From the IMG/VR virus record IMGVR_UViG_3300005260_000047: a stretch of DNA of 64,000 nt, one strand, 5' to 3'. A program made the translations under genes and the position numbers. The notes below the pieces were generated by a model. The model was not told the origin of the DNA, made no database searches, and worked only from the letters and a program-made list of their open reading frames with translations. Position 1 is the first letter of the stretch. Each line of letters starts with the position of its first letter. Positions 27,016 through 35,706 of the stretch are shown piece by piece. This DNA comes from a virus (lineage: Duplodnaviria > Heunggongvirae > Uroviricota > Caudoviricetes).

Positions 27016-27458
27016 GCTCCTACTCCTCCTAATACATCGTCGTCAGCCGCGGTAGTCGGCTTGTTCGGGTCGGGTGGCGGTGGCGGCGTCAAGATATTTC
27101 CCTCTTCAACGAACTCGCCTGCCTCGTCTATCTGGCTTTCTGTCCATTTCTCAAGGAATTCCTGATACCGTTTGATGCCCGCCTCTTCAGTCGGGAATGC
27201 CTGGTCGTTGTCCACCGGATCGTTGACCAGCGTGCCATCCTGCTTGTAATTCTTGACCAGCAGGATGAATACCGGCCAATATTCGGCATACGTCGATGCG
27301 GCCGCGCCATCGATCCGGCCATTCCATTGCAGCGTGACGCGCACCACGCCATTGTCATATTCCTTGACCGTCTTATAGGCAGGGTCAGCTTGCAGCTTCT
27401 TCCACTGCGCTTCGCTAATTGCCTTGCCTTCACGGTCGCGATATTGAGTTCGTGCCAT
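27009..27458 (-). CDS. Hypothetical protein
   Basis: 149 aa; Pro-rich segment PPPPPDP. Confidence 0.45.
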   Translation of the reverse strand: MARTQYRDREGKAISEAQWKKLQADPAYKTVKEYDNGVVRVTLQWNGRIDGAAASTYAEYWPVFILLVKNYKQDGTLVNDPVDNDQAFPTEEAGIKRYQEFLEKWTESQIDEAGEFVEEGNILTPPPPPDPNKPTTAADDDVLGGVGAW

Positions 27459-27467
27459 ATTCCCGCC

Positions 27468-27614
27468 TCACTGCACGCTAACTGCCGCCGGCGCCGTTTC
27501 CCGCCTGGCTTTAGCGCCGTTCTTAAGCATGTCTGACACCGTGACCGCCATAATGGCGATGATGGAGATAACGATCGCCAGTTCGATCAGGGTGAATCCT
27601 TTTGCATTTCTCAT
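27468..27614 (-). CDS. Prepilin-type N-terminal cleavage/methylation-domain peptide (48 aa)
   Basis: 'MRNAK-G|FTLIELAIVISIIAIMAV' is a class-III leader with G-1/F+1/E+5, checked by hand. GAGGAAAG Shine-Dalgarno. The ORF-track frame 27468..27830 has a non-coding-looking 5' extension. Confidence 0.5.
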   Translation of the reverse strand: MRNAKGFTLIELAIVISIIAIMAVTVSDMLKNGAKARRETAPAAVSVQ

Positions 27615-27970
27615 AGCTCTTTCCTCTTGTATAGCGGCTCGATCTTGTGCGGCGTGCCTTGCTTGAACTGCGCGTTGTTGTCCGGTTCCCACCATGAGCG
27701 AAGGCCAGGCGGCGTCACAAGCCAACCGGCCTGCTCCACGCCCATCGTGAATTCGATTTCGTTGTCTTTGAACGGCTGAATCGGCGATCCCATAAAGCAG
27801 TGCGGGCCAAAAATGTGCATCAAATCCCACAGTGGCACCTCCAGCACATCGCCTTCCGCTTTAGGCGTCCAGCTCCGCTCCGATAGCGCCAGTCGGTGAT
27901 GCGCGTTGTGAGCGGCGGCGCCTAGTTTTGTTAGCCTGACCCTGACCTGCGCATTGATATTGAATTTCAT
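27611..27970 (-). CDS. Hypothetical protein
   Basis: 119 aa with an ATGA overlap to the pilin-like ORF. Confidence 0.45.
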   Translation of the reverse strand: MKFNINAQVRVRLTKLGAAAHNAHHRLALSERSWTPKAEGDVLEVPLWDLMHIFGPHCFMGSPIQPFKDNEIEFTMGVEQAGWLVTPPGLRSWWEPDNNAQFKQGTPHKIEPLYKRKEL

Positions 27971-27978
27971 AGCCTGGC

Positions 27979-28170
27979 TTACGAGTTCAGGGCCATTTTC
28001 ATGGCGCGCTGTTTCTTACGGTTCGGCTCTTTCCAGCCGAAGCGCTTGAATGTCTGCCGCACATCGGTCGAGGCGCTGTTCAAATAGGAAAAGCGCGCAT
28101 CGGTGATCGGCAATGTCGGCAATGCGTTACCATCGGATACGGTTGCTTCGATTTGTTTAGCTTGGTTCAT
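27979..28170 (-). CDS. Hypothetical protein
   Basis: 63 aa. Confidence 0.35.
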   Translation of the reverse strand: MNQAKQIEATVSDGNALPTLPITDARFSYLNSASTDVRQTFKRFGWKEPNRKKQRAMKMALNS

Positions 28171-28268
28171 GGTTTCTCCTTTACGTTGAATCGTTCGTTG
28201 TTTCGAACAGGTCTATAGTCTCAGTCGCACGCAGGCATTGCGCTGGAAATGCGATTTCTGCCGGCAGC

Positions 28269-28679
28269 CTAGACTTCGCTTCTCATAGCCACACCGGCTT
28301 CTGCTTTCGCATTCAGGCGATTGGCAAAATAATTCGGGTCGGCGTCATACTTGGCTTCGCAGAGCGCCATCTCCCTTGCCTCCAGGTCGTCCGCTGACAC
28401 GCCAAGCAGTTCACACAGCACCAGCAGCGTTACGCCAACACCACCCACTTCCGACGCTACAGTGCCAACCGGCCGTGAATAGACGCGATCCACCAGCTTC
28501 ACAGCCAATTCCTTTGGCACATCGCATACCTGCGCCAGCTCGATCGCCTCTTCCAGAAAGCGGGCGCCGCGCTCGACGCGGTTTTCCGCCACACCCTTGC
28601 CGAATGCCTTTGCGCACCAGTTGTAGGCGCGCGTTTGCCGCACATAGCGCGGCATGATGGATATTGTTCCAAAGCTCAT
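28269..28679 (-). CDS. Possible MazG-like all-alpha NTP pyrophosphohydrolase
   Basis: Start MSFGTIS with an AGGAG Shine-Dalgarno. 'RFLEEAIELAQ...LCELLG' is weakly MazG-like. Confidence 0.35.
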   Translation of the reverse strand: MSFGTISIMPRYVRQTRAYNWCAKAFGKGVAENRVERGARFLEEAIELAQVCDVPKELAVKLVDRVYSRPVGTVASEVGGVGVTLLVLCELLGVSADDLEAREMALCEAKYDADPNYFANRLNAKAEAGVAMRSEV

Positions 28680-28687
28680 GAAAACTC

Positions 28688-28903
28688 CTAAGTCAGTTGT
28701 GAGTAAAGCACATTGCCGATAAGAATCAGCAGTCCGATCAGCATGATCATGACGCCGGCCGTGATGGCACCTGCACCGTCGCCATACTCCGGCTCCAGCC
28801 TGGCTTGCAGCGTGTCGCCAAGATAAAACAGGGCGCCGCAGACTGGCGGCAGGCAAATCATCATGGCGCCGACGGTGGTGATAGCGATTTGCATTGGTGT
28901 CAT
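28688..28903 (-). CDS. Small two-transmembrane-helix membrane protein
   Basis: 71 aa with two hydrophobic helices. Confidence 0.4.
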   Translation of the reverse strand: MTPMQIAITTVGAMMICLPPVCGALFYLGDTLQARLEPEYGDGAGAITAGVMIMLIGLLILIGNVLYSQLT

Positions 28904-29457
28904 GCGGCCACCTTCAAATCGAGATCTGGAACAACATAGAAGCCTCTGTCAAGCCCTCTGAAAAAACACTTGATCATTACCTCCACATCATAAAAGGCAC
29001 TGTGCGCCAAAGCAGGGTCATACTCGACGCCTAGCGCAAAGCACAGTTCTTGCAGCTTCGGGAATTTCCCATCAGGACACGCCCATCTGGCGTTTTCCAT
29101 CGTGCAGAACGAAGTTCTGTCCGGCACCTTCATGCCTACACGCAGCAGCTCGGCAGCGATGAACGGGCCATCGAAATCCATGTTATGCGCCACCAGCAGT
29201 CCAGCAGCGTTCAATTTCGCCTCGATAGTTGGCGCAACCTCTTCCCACTTCGGACATCCAACCAGCTCGTTATAGGAAATGCCATGCACTTCCTGCGCCG
29301 ACGCCTGGATCGAGCGTTCCGGATCGATGCGCTGCACGTATTTGTCCACCAGCTTGCGACTCTTGCTGTCGTAAGTCAGGATGGCGATCTCGATGATGCG
29401 GTGGCCATCTGCCTGCTCCAGTCCGGTGGTTTCAGTATCAAGTCCGGCGATTAACAT
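28900..29457 (-). CDS. DnaQ-like 3'-5' exonuclease (DEDDh)
   Basis: Exo I 'AGLDTETTGL', Exo II 'VAHNMDFD', Exo III 'HSAFYDVEVM'. Confidence 0.8.
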   Translation of the reverse strand: MLIAGLDTETTGLEQADGHRIIEIAILTYDSKSRKLVDKYVQRIDPERSIQASAQEVHGISYNELVGCPKWEEVAPTIEAKLNAAGLLVAHNMDFDGPFIAAELLRVGMKVPDRTSFCTMENARWACPDGKFPKLQELCFALGVEYDPALAHSAFYDVEVMIKCFFRGLDRGFYVVPDLDLKVAA

Positions 29458-29544
29458 CAGCCTTCTCCTTCTTTTGTTGTGGCTGCCGCGGGTTAAACGG
29501 AATCAGCGCCATTTCCCACATCAGCAGCCAGATTGCATAAAGGC

Positions 29545-30177
29545 TCATACGATCAACTCCAATACGCGGTCGCGCAGCGCCTCGAATTCTGCCCGTGACG
29601 GTTGGCGCGAGTTCGGGTATTTCAGCTTGCCGTCGGCTTCTGGCGAAAGGAAAACCTTGGTCAACCTTTTCACATCCTCGAACTGAGTCAGTCCAAGCAC
29701 GATCGGGCCTGAGTTAAGCGGCGTTTGCAGTGTGTGGATTTCATGCGAATCCACAAAATATTCCGCTCCCGTATCGAAAGCTTCCACACTCATGTCAAGA
29801 AGGCATTTATGAGGGCGCGCCTTGAATAAGGCTCGCAAATCGCTGTCGTAATGAAAGGCATCCCATCGATCGCCATTAGCTTCCGTGAAGCGGATATGCT
29901 GGATGCCGCCATGCAGAACGGTCGTGTTAAAGGCATACCGATGCGAATGAGGATGCACAAGAAAGCCAGCATTCGGATTGGTCGGACGCTCGATGAAATA
30001 AATTTTGTAAGTCAGCGTAGCCGACCGATGCAGGCACAAGTAGTGCATACCATCAACGTGATGATTGATCACCGAATGCCTGGCCAGCTCGCTCGGATCG
30101 GAACGCTTGAGGAGTTCTGTGTAAATGTTCACAGTTGCCCTTCCTCTTTCAGATATTCGCGCACGCGGCGCAGCCAT
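29545..30177 (-). CDS. Hypothetical protein with an HxH...H metal-site-like segment
   Basis: 'FLVHPHSHRY...HGGIQH'. Confidence 0.4.
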   Translation of the reverse strand: MAAPRARISERGRATVNIYTELLKRSDPSELARHSVINHHVDGMHYLCLHRSATLTYKIYFIERPTNPNAGFLVHPHSHRYAFNTTVLHGGIQHIRFTEANGDRWDAFHYDSDLRALFKARPHKCLLDMSVEAFDTGAEYFVDSHEIHTLQTPLNSGPIVLGLTQFEDVKRLTKVFLSPEADGKLKYPNSRQPSRAEFEALRDRVLELIV

Positions 30178-30548
30178 ACCTGCTTGTCGGTCAGGGCGCG
30201 CCAGCCACCCGCGCGCTCATGATATTGGCGGGCGTTGAACAGTTTCAGCGCATCAGCGTGAGGAAGATTGAAAACCTTCGCCATCTGGCCTGAATAGGCG
30301 CGCGCATTGTCGGCTGCGCTGCCCGAATCCAGATGCAAGCGAAAGCCGCCCAATCCACCCTGCACGACACTCAGTCCAAGCTTGTTGAACTTCGGATGCA
30401 TACCCAACCAGCCGGCCGCGCAGGCAATGGTGCCGCAATCGAGCGATTCGCCCTTTTCACTTACAACATGATTCAAATTCACCACCTTGTCCGGAATGCC
30501 GTCGATGATGGCGTAGGCGTCTTTCAATAGTTCGTATTTCGGTGTCAT
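30129..30548 (-). CDS. Hypothetical protein
   Basis: Start MTPKYELLKD. Confidence 0.45.
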   Translation of the reverse strand: MTPKYELLKDAYAIIDGIPDKVVNLNHVVSEKGESLDCGTIACAAGWLGMHPKFNKLGLSVVQGGLGGFRLHLDSGSAADNARAYSGQMAKVFNLPHADALKLFNARQYHERAGGWRALTDKQVWLRRVREYLKEEGQL

Positions 30549-30581
30549 TGCTTTCCCCTTGTGAATGGATACGAAATCCTT

Positions 30582-30623
30582 ACTCTGCATATCGGTCATT
30601 ACTGACTGACCGATATGCATGAT
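30582..30623. repeat. Perfect 12-bp inverted repeat GCATATCGGTCA-ttactgac-TGACCGATATGC
   Basis: Intergenic, upstream of gene 30129..30548. It embeds a TCA..TGA operator-like core. Confidence 0.65.
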
Positions 30624-30634
30624 AAGAACTCAGC

Positions 30635-30940
30635 TCAGGCTTGCGCGACTGAAACCGCGCTTTCCTTTGCGGTTGCCTTCTTGCGCGGGCGGCGCACGAC
30701 CAGGACATCGTTCAGCAGGCGGCGCAGGCCGTCGGCATTACGGACGATGAAGTCGGCCAAGTCATCTTCCGGATAGATCACGTTGTTGCCGCGGTCATCC
30801 TTGTAGAACTGCGAATAGTCAAGGGCGGCAACGAATTTGTCTGCTGCCGGCTTCAAGCGCAGCGTCAAATTGTGCGCCTCCATATCGGCTTTCTTGGCGT
30901 GAATGCTGCCGTCTTGCGCTTTATACATTGTGACTTTCAT
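30635..30940 (-). CDS. Hypothetical protein
   Basis: 101 aa. Confidence 0.45.
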   Translation of the reverse strand: MKVTMYKAQDGSIHAKKADMEAHNLTLRLKPAADKFVAALDYSQFYKDDRGNNVIYPEDDLADFIVRNADGLRRLLNDVLVVRRPRKKATAKESAVSVAQA

Positions 30941-30981
30941 GGTTTTCTCCTGTGATAGTAAGTTAATGCGTATTGCCAGGA

Positions 30982-31509
30982 TTAGCGGCGCACTACGTTC
31001 TGAGCCAAACGACGCATTGGCCCACCAGGACGCTTGCCAGTCTCCGGAGATGGTTCAGGAAGCGTGATCTTCTTCGCAATGCCGTCATCAATCTTTTTGA
31101 GTCTAATCGCCTCGACGTAGTGCTGATCAGGCACGCCTTTATCCATGCCCGTCTTGTCCGTGATGGTAGGCTGAACGAGAAGCGCCTCGCAGCCATTCAT
31201 GTAAGTGGCCTTTTGCGTGACGAAACCCTCAAAGCCGGACAGAATGTCCTTCACCTTGTTGCCAAGCGCGATGTCGGTAGGGTTCGGAACGGGAGTTACT
31301 TTGTCAGAAACGCCAACCTCAACATATTCGAGCATGTGATGATCGATAAGAATGGCGTTTGGCATTTCTGATGAATTCTTACCGCAAAGCGGCTGAACTG
31401 CCCATTGGATATTGCCATTTAACTGCTCAACCTTATGAATCAATGTTCCCTTAAAGCCTGTTGCGAGGTCTTTAGCGATGCAGCCAAGTGTTACTTCTTT
31501 CTTTGCCAT
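30982..31509 (-). CDS. Hypothetical protein with an internal tandem domain duplication
   Basis: 'KDLATGFKGTLIHKVEQLNGNIQWAVQP' and 'KDILSGFEGFVTQKATYMNGCEALLVQP'. Confidence 0.5.
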   Translation of the reverse strand: MAKKEVTLGCIAKDLATGFKGTLIHKVEQLNGNIQWAVQPLCGKNSSEMPNAILIDHHMLEYVEVGVSDKVTPVPNPTDIALGNKVKDILSGFEGFVTQKATYMNGCEALLVQPTITDKTGMDKGVPDQHYVEAIRLKKIDDGIAKKITLPEPSPETGKRPGGPMRRLAQNVVRR

Positions 31510-31597
31510 TTTGTTCTCCATATAAGTTGGCCATTCAGCCCATTAAAAAAACATTCACTCAAGATGCCGACACCAGCCGGCATCTTTGGTGAAGGCT

Positions 31598-32389
31598 TTA
31601 CTTGCCGACGTTGATCATCTTGGACGACGAGCTGCCGTCGAGAATCACCGTGCCGCCCTTCTTAGCAAATTCCAACAAAGCTTGGTTGTATTCATGCTGA
31701 AGGAATGCCGGTGTCAGCGTGTTGGCCGTTTTCGCAACCGCTTCGGCGTTCTTTTCGGCGATCGCCACCTGAAGGTTGGCCGCTTCGAGTTCCTTGCCTT
31801 TTGCCACCACATTGCGGATCGAGGCTTCGACAGTCGGATCGGTCGTCACCTGTCGCACCACGACACGGGTAATGGTGAAGGCATTCGGATCAGATGCGTC
31901 GAGGCTCTTTTGAATAGCCATTCTGACTTCGTTTTCCAGCTCGTTTCGCCGCGTGTGAATCACAAGGCTGTCATGGTGCGATACCGCATCGGCAACTTCG
32001 GACTTGGCGATCGACTCGACCAGCCGGTAGGCGGGCGTAAGAAAGCTATCACCTTCGAATCTCACCGATTGACCGGCCCGCTTGACGGCAAGGTCGCGCA
32101 CCGCCTGGGGTGAATTGACCTTGTAATAGACGGTGACATCCAACTCCTTCAAGGAAAGGTTGTCGTGTGCCTTTGGCGTCATGTTTTCCAGATTGACCGC
32201 CACTTCCTTCAACGTGTATTGGTCAACATGGCTCATGAGCGCCGTGTAAAGACCTTCCTGCTCGACTTTGGAATTGACCGTGCCGTTGAAATCGGTGCGC
32301 AGCCCGACATTGCCGGTTTCGATCCGGCCGTAACAGCCAGTCAGCGTGAGGGTGGCGACCAGCGCCATCAGATAAAACAGTTTTTTCAT
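31598..32389 (-). CDS. SPFH/band-7 (prohibitin/HflKC-like) lipoprotein
   Basis: Signal peptide plus a 'LTLTGC' lipobox. SPFH-like core followed by a coiled-coil. Confidence 0.65.
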   Translation of the reverse strand: MKKLFYLMALVATLTLTGCYGRIETGNVGLRTDFNGTVNSKVEQEGLYTALMSHVDQYTLKEVAVNLENMTPKAHDNLSLKELDVTVYYKVNSPQAVRDLAVKRAGQSVRFEGDSFLTPAYRLVESIAKSEVADAVSHHDSLVIHTRRNELENEVRMAIQKSLDASDPNAFTITRVVVRQVTTDPTVEASIRNVVAKGKELEAANLQVAIAEKNAEAVAKTANTLTPAFLQHEYNQALLEFAKKGGTVILDGSSSSKMINVGK

Positions 32390-32417
32390 TGGAACTCCCT
32401 TTCAGTGGATAAAGCAG

Positions 32418-32615
32418 TTAAAAAAGATGATCGAGATTGCTGATGATGGAAAACAGCGCAATGGCAAACAGTGCGCCGCCCAATGCGACGAAGGCGCCTT
32501 TAATGACGCGCTCGACGCGATCGGCAGTCACGTAATTGGTGTAAAACAGCAGATACAGCCCGCCTACTCCCGTCAGAAACAGCAGCAGGCAAATCAAGCC
32601 AATGCGAAATAACAT
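32418..32615 (-). CDS. Small two-transmembrane-helix membrane protein (upstream partner of the SPFH gene)
   Basis: 65 aa, almost entirely hydrophobic. Two operator-like sites with TATAAT/TATATA lie upstream at 32626..32668. Confidence 0.45.
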   Translation of the reverse strand: MLFRIGLICLLLFLTGVGGLYLLFYTNYVTADRVERVIKGAFVALGGALFAIALFSIISNLDHLF

Positions 32616-32694
32616 TTATTTCCCCTTTTTTTATATAGTCACTGATGACTTATATATTATATCTCAGTAATGACTTATTTTAGCGGATAAGCGA

Positions 32695-32898
32695 TTAATC
32701 GCTCGGCTGGTTTTCAAAACGCTGCCAGCCAACAACAATCACTTCGACCAAGTTCCATTTATCCGCAATCATTTCTTGCAGTCCGCGCACATCGTCAATG
32801 CAGGCAATGGGTCGTTCGCATTTGATTTCGGCGTTGCCCGTCACTACCATCGTTCTACCCACGTCCTTCGCCTCATAGGCGACAAAATAGGGAATCAT
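32695..32898 (-). CDS. Hypothetical protein
   Basis: 67 aa. Confidence 0.35.
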   Translation of the reverse strand: MIPYFVAYEAKDVGRTMVVTGNAEIKCERPIACIDDVRGLQEMIADKWNLVEVIVVGWQRFENQPSD

Positions 32899-33200
32899 CA
32901 GTCCTCCTTCGCGTCAATGTTGGCCAAGCCAGCCGCCTTCAGCTTGCGGCACAGCCTGCGCTCGTCGGCATCCTTCTTGTAGCTGTCCTCCCGCTTTTGC
33001 CAGTAAAGGTTGTAAGTGGCGTCCGCGCCGCCGGCACATAGCGGCATGCCGTGGTCAACCACCCAACCAGGACAAGCGCCAGTGATCTTGGCGGTTTCAG
33101 GGCAAGGATGCGTTTTGCGGAATTCGCGGATCACTTTCGGATCGCGCGCCTGGGCCGCGGTAGCAACCAACAGCGCCAGGATGATGACGAACTTTTTCAC
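32898..33200 (-). CDS. Secreted small HNH-motif (His-Me finger) protein
   Basis: Signal peptide 'MKKFVIILALLVATAAQA', followed by 'CPGWVVDHGMPLCAGGADATYNLYWQ', which is HNH-like. Confidence 0.45.
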   Translation of the reverse strand: MKKFVIILALLVATAAQARDPKVIREFRKTHPCPETAKITGACPGWVVDHGMPLCAGGADATYNLYWQKREDSYKKDADERRLCRKLKAAGLANIDAKED

Positions 33201-33412
33201 TTCATTGCCTTTCGATTGTAATGGCGGCGCACAAAGTAGCCGCGCACGATTGACCAGATGGTGAAAACAGCCACAAACAGAAAGCTTTGCCCGACCGAGG
33301 CTTTTACGCCAAACAGCACAGGGATTAGCACGTAGTTAATGATCATGGAGCCAACGAAACCTATGACGGTTCCGACGATTACTTCTTCCAGGCTATGACG
33401 GCGAGATTGCAT
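33197..33412 (-). CDS. Small membrane protein
   Basis: 71 aa with two transmembrane segments. Confidence 0.4.
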   Translation of the reverse strand: MQSRRHSLEEVIVGTVIGFVGSMIINYVLIPVLFGVKASVGQSFLFVAVFTIWSIVRGYFVRRHYNRKAMK

Positions 33413-33675
33413 TACAGCGCGATCCTGGTGGCCTTAACGGTTTCGATTTCAACCTTATAGTCCTCGCGGCCGATCAGCGCCTTCAGACGCGGCTGGAACG
33501 ATTCTTCCAGCGCTTGCTGACGGTCGAAGGCGACTGCTGGCGACACGGCGATCTCGCCTTCTTCCTTGACGGTTGCCTCGATGCCGACTTGATTCAGGCA
33601 TTTCTGGATGAATTGGGCGATGGTGGTCTTGCCAGCTTGGGCTTCGCCTTCTACTGTGATGCGGAGTGTGTTCAT
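33412..33675 (-). CDS. Hypothetical protein with a P-loop-like GxxxxGKT
   Basis: 'EGEAQAGKTTIAQ'. It is very short at 87 aa. Confidence 0.35.
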   Translation of the reverse strand: MNTLRITVEGEAQAGKTTIAQFIQKCLNQVGIEATVKEEGEIAVSPAVAFDRQQALEESFQPRLKALIGREDYKVEIETVKATRIAL

Positions 33676-33707
33676 GGTTTCTTTCAGTCAGTTGTGATTA
33701 ATCGATA

Positions 33708-34040
33708 TTACGCATTGACGCCAGGCTTATTACTGGCAATCAGAGTGCAGCCATAGTTCTGTCCGCGCTTGACGAACTGGAAGGTGCCGCTGATCTTGCC
33801 GCCAACCATATGCGGGATCATTTCTTCCAGCTCTTTCAGAAAAACCGTTACCTGCTTGCCGTCAGCGCGCGTGAAGTGGAAGTAAGCGGCAGACTGGCCG
33901 CGGGAATAGCTGTCGTATGTCAGCGTGTCCTCAAACAGCTCGTTCGGTCGCCAGTTAATGCCACCCCATCCATCCGGATAGTGTTTTTGATTGCCTTGTT
34001 CATCGAAAGGAATCTCGTAATTGCCGACTGTCTTTGCCAT
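33708..34040 (-). CDS. Hypothetical protein
   Basis: 110 aa. Confidence 0.45.
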   Translation of the reverse strand: MAKTVGNYEIPFDEQGNQKHYPDGWGGINWRPNELFEDTLTYDSYSRGQSAAYFHFTRADGKQVTVFLKELEEMIPHMVGGKISGTFQFVKRGQNYGCTLIASNKPGVNA

Positions 34041-34052
34041 GTCAGTTGCCTT

Positions 34053-34481
34053 TCAAATCTTTTTCATTTGTCGAAGGCGTTGATCGACATCCCTGTCGAT
34101 ACGCCGCTGTTCTTCAGATACCGGCTCATGCCAGCCTCGCTCATTTCTCGTCTGCTTTGGTCGCGCCCGATACCAGTCAACAGCGAGTTGCGCCTGCTCT
34201 CGTTTCAGGATCAAATCTGGAAGGATTGCCTCAAGAAGCGCTGCCGCCGACTCGCCCTGGATAAGCCAGTTGAATTTCTCTCTCGCGCCGCGTGATGGAT
34301 ATTTACTCACCTTGCCGCCGAACCGCCCCTGCATACTGTTCAAAAGGCTTTCCGACTCAAGGCTTTTGTTTTGGACGACTTGAACGACTAGCGTGTGGGA
34401 GGACTTCCGCCCATTCTCATAGACGGAAATACAGCCTTCACCATCCACAAAACCTGCGATATAAGCGAGTGGCGGACACAC
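34053..34481 (-). CDS. LAGLIDADG-family homing endonuclease (single-motif, free-standing)
   Basis: 'LAYIAGFVDGEGC' is the LAGLIDADG motif. It lies 2 nt downstream of rtcB. Confidence 0.7.
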   Translation of the reverse strand: MCPPLAYIAGFVDGEGCISVYENGRKSSHTLVVQVVQNKSLESESLLNSMQGRFGGKVSKYPSRGAREKFNWLIQGESAAALLEAILPDLILKREQAQLAVDWYRARPKQTRNERGWHEPVSEEQRRIDRDVDQRLRQMKKI

Positions 34482-34482
34482 G

Positions 34483-35697
34483 TTAGTTTCCTTTTACGCA
34501 CAAAACCTGCTTCAAAACATGCAGGACTTCCACAAGGTCTTGTTGATTAGCCATTACTTCGTCAATGTTTTTATAAGCCGAAGGAATCTCGTCCAGCACC
34601 GCGTCGTCCTTGCGGCACTCCACGCCTTTGGTTTGCTCGACCAGATCGCGGATCGTGAATTTCTTTCTGGCTGCCGAACGGCTCATGGCGCGGCCGGCAC
34701 CGTGGCTGCATGAGCAATAAGCTTCATGATTGCCTTTGCCGCGCACGATGTAGCTGCGCTGACCCATCGAGCCAGGAATGATGCCGAGATCGCCTTCGCG
34801 GGCGCGAATAGCGCCTTTTCGCGTGACCCACAGATTGCGGCCGAAGTGGTTTTCCTTCTCCACATAGTTGTGGTGACAGTTGATCGCCTCCTGTGTGATG
34901 GTGAATTCCTTCGGGATGTGCCGGCGCAGCGCTGCGATCACCACATCCATCATCACGCGGCGGTTTTCCAGCGCGTAGTCTTGCGCCCACTTGACCGCCT
35001 CGACGTAGTCGTTGAAGTCGTCAGTGTCTTCCGGCAGATAGGCCAGGTCGCCATCTGGCAGGTGGATGAAATACTGCTCCATGCGGCGCTTAGCCTTTTC
35101 GATGAAATAGCTGCCGATCATATTACCGATGCCGCGGGAGCCAGAATGCAGCATGATCCACACATCCTGGTTCTCATCCAGGCAGAGTTCGATGAAGTGA
35201 TTGCCAGAGCCGAGCGAGCCGAGTTGCGTTCTCGCCTTGTCGTTACGACCGATAAGAGCCGGATGCTTCTGCTCAATACGATGAAGCGCGCACCACATAT
35301 CCACTTGTGCCGGCGAATTTAACGGACGCGCAGGGTCGTTTGCTCCACCCGCACCAAGCGGCACATCACGCTCGATCTGACCGCGGATCGCCGCCAGGGA
35401 GTCCGGCAGGTCGGTTGCCTTCAGCGACAATCGCACCGCATTCATGCCGCAACCGATGTCAACACCAACGGCAGCAGGAATGATCGCTTTATCGGTCGCA
35501 ATCACGCTGCCAATAGTGCTGCCCTTGCCCGCATGCACATCGGGCATCAAGGCAACGCCGTTACCCGCAATGAAGGGCAGGCGCGCGAGATTCTTCGCTT
35601 GTTGCAGCGCTTCATCCTCGATCTGCAACGCGCCGTCTTCATTCTCGCCAACCCACGCCTTGATAGGGCGCGAACCTTCTTCCTTGATTACTTTCAT
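34483..35697 (-). CDS. rtcB: RtcB RNA 3'-phosphate ligase
   Basis: 'MPDVHAGKGSTIGSV', 'GVDIGCGM', 'HSGSRGIGN' and the C-terminal 'CSHGAGRAMSR' (catalytic His). Confidence 0.9.
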   Translation of the reverse strand: MKVIKEEGSRPIKAWVGENEDGALQIEDEALQQAKNLARLPFIAGNGVALMPDVHAGKGSTIGSVIATDKAIIPAAVGVDIGCGMNAVRLSLKATDLPDSLAAIRGQIERDVPLGAGGANDPARPLNSPAQVDMWCALHRIEQKHPALIGRNDKARTQLGSLGSGNHFIELCLDENQDVWIMLHSGSRGIGNMIGSYFIEKAKRRMEQYFIHLPDGDLAYLPEDTDDFNDYVEAVKWAQDYALENRRVMMDVVIAALRRHIPKEFTITQEAINCHHNYVEKENHFGRNLWVTRKGAIRAREGDLGIIPGSMGQRSYIVRGKGNHEAYCSCSHGAGRAMSRSAARKKFTIRDLVEQTKGVECRKDDAVLDEIPSAYKNIDEVMANQQDLVEVLHVLKQVLCVKGN

Positions 35698-35706
35698 GTT
35701 TTCTCC

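Noticed and set aside
34726-35322. 198-aa plus-strand ORF inside rtcB
   Set aside because: It is antisense to RtcB.
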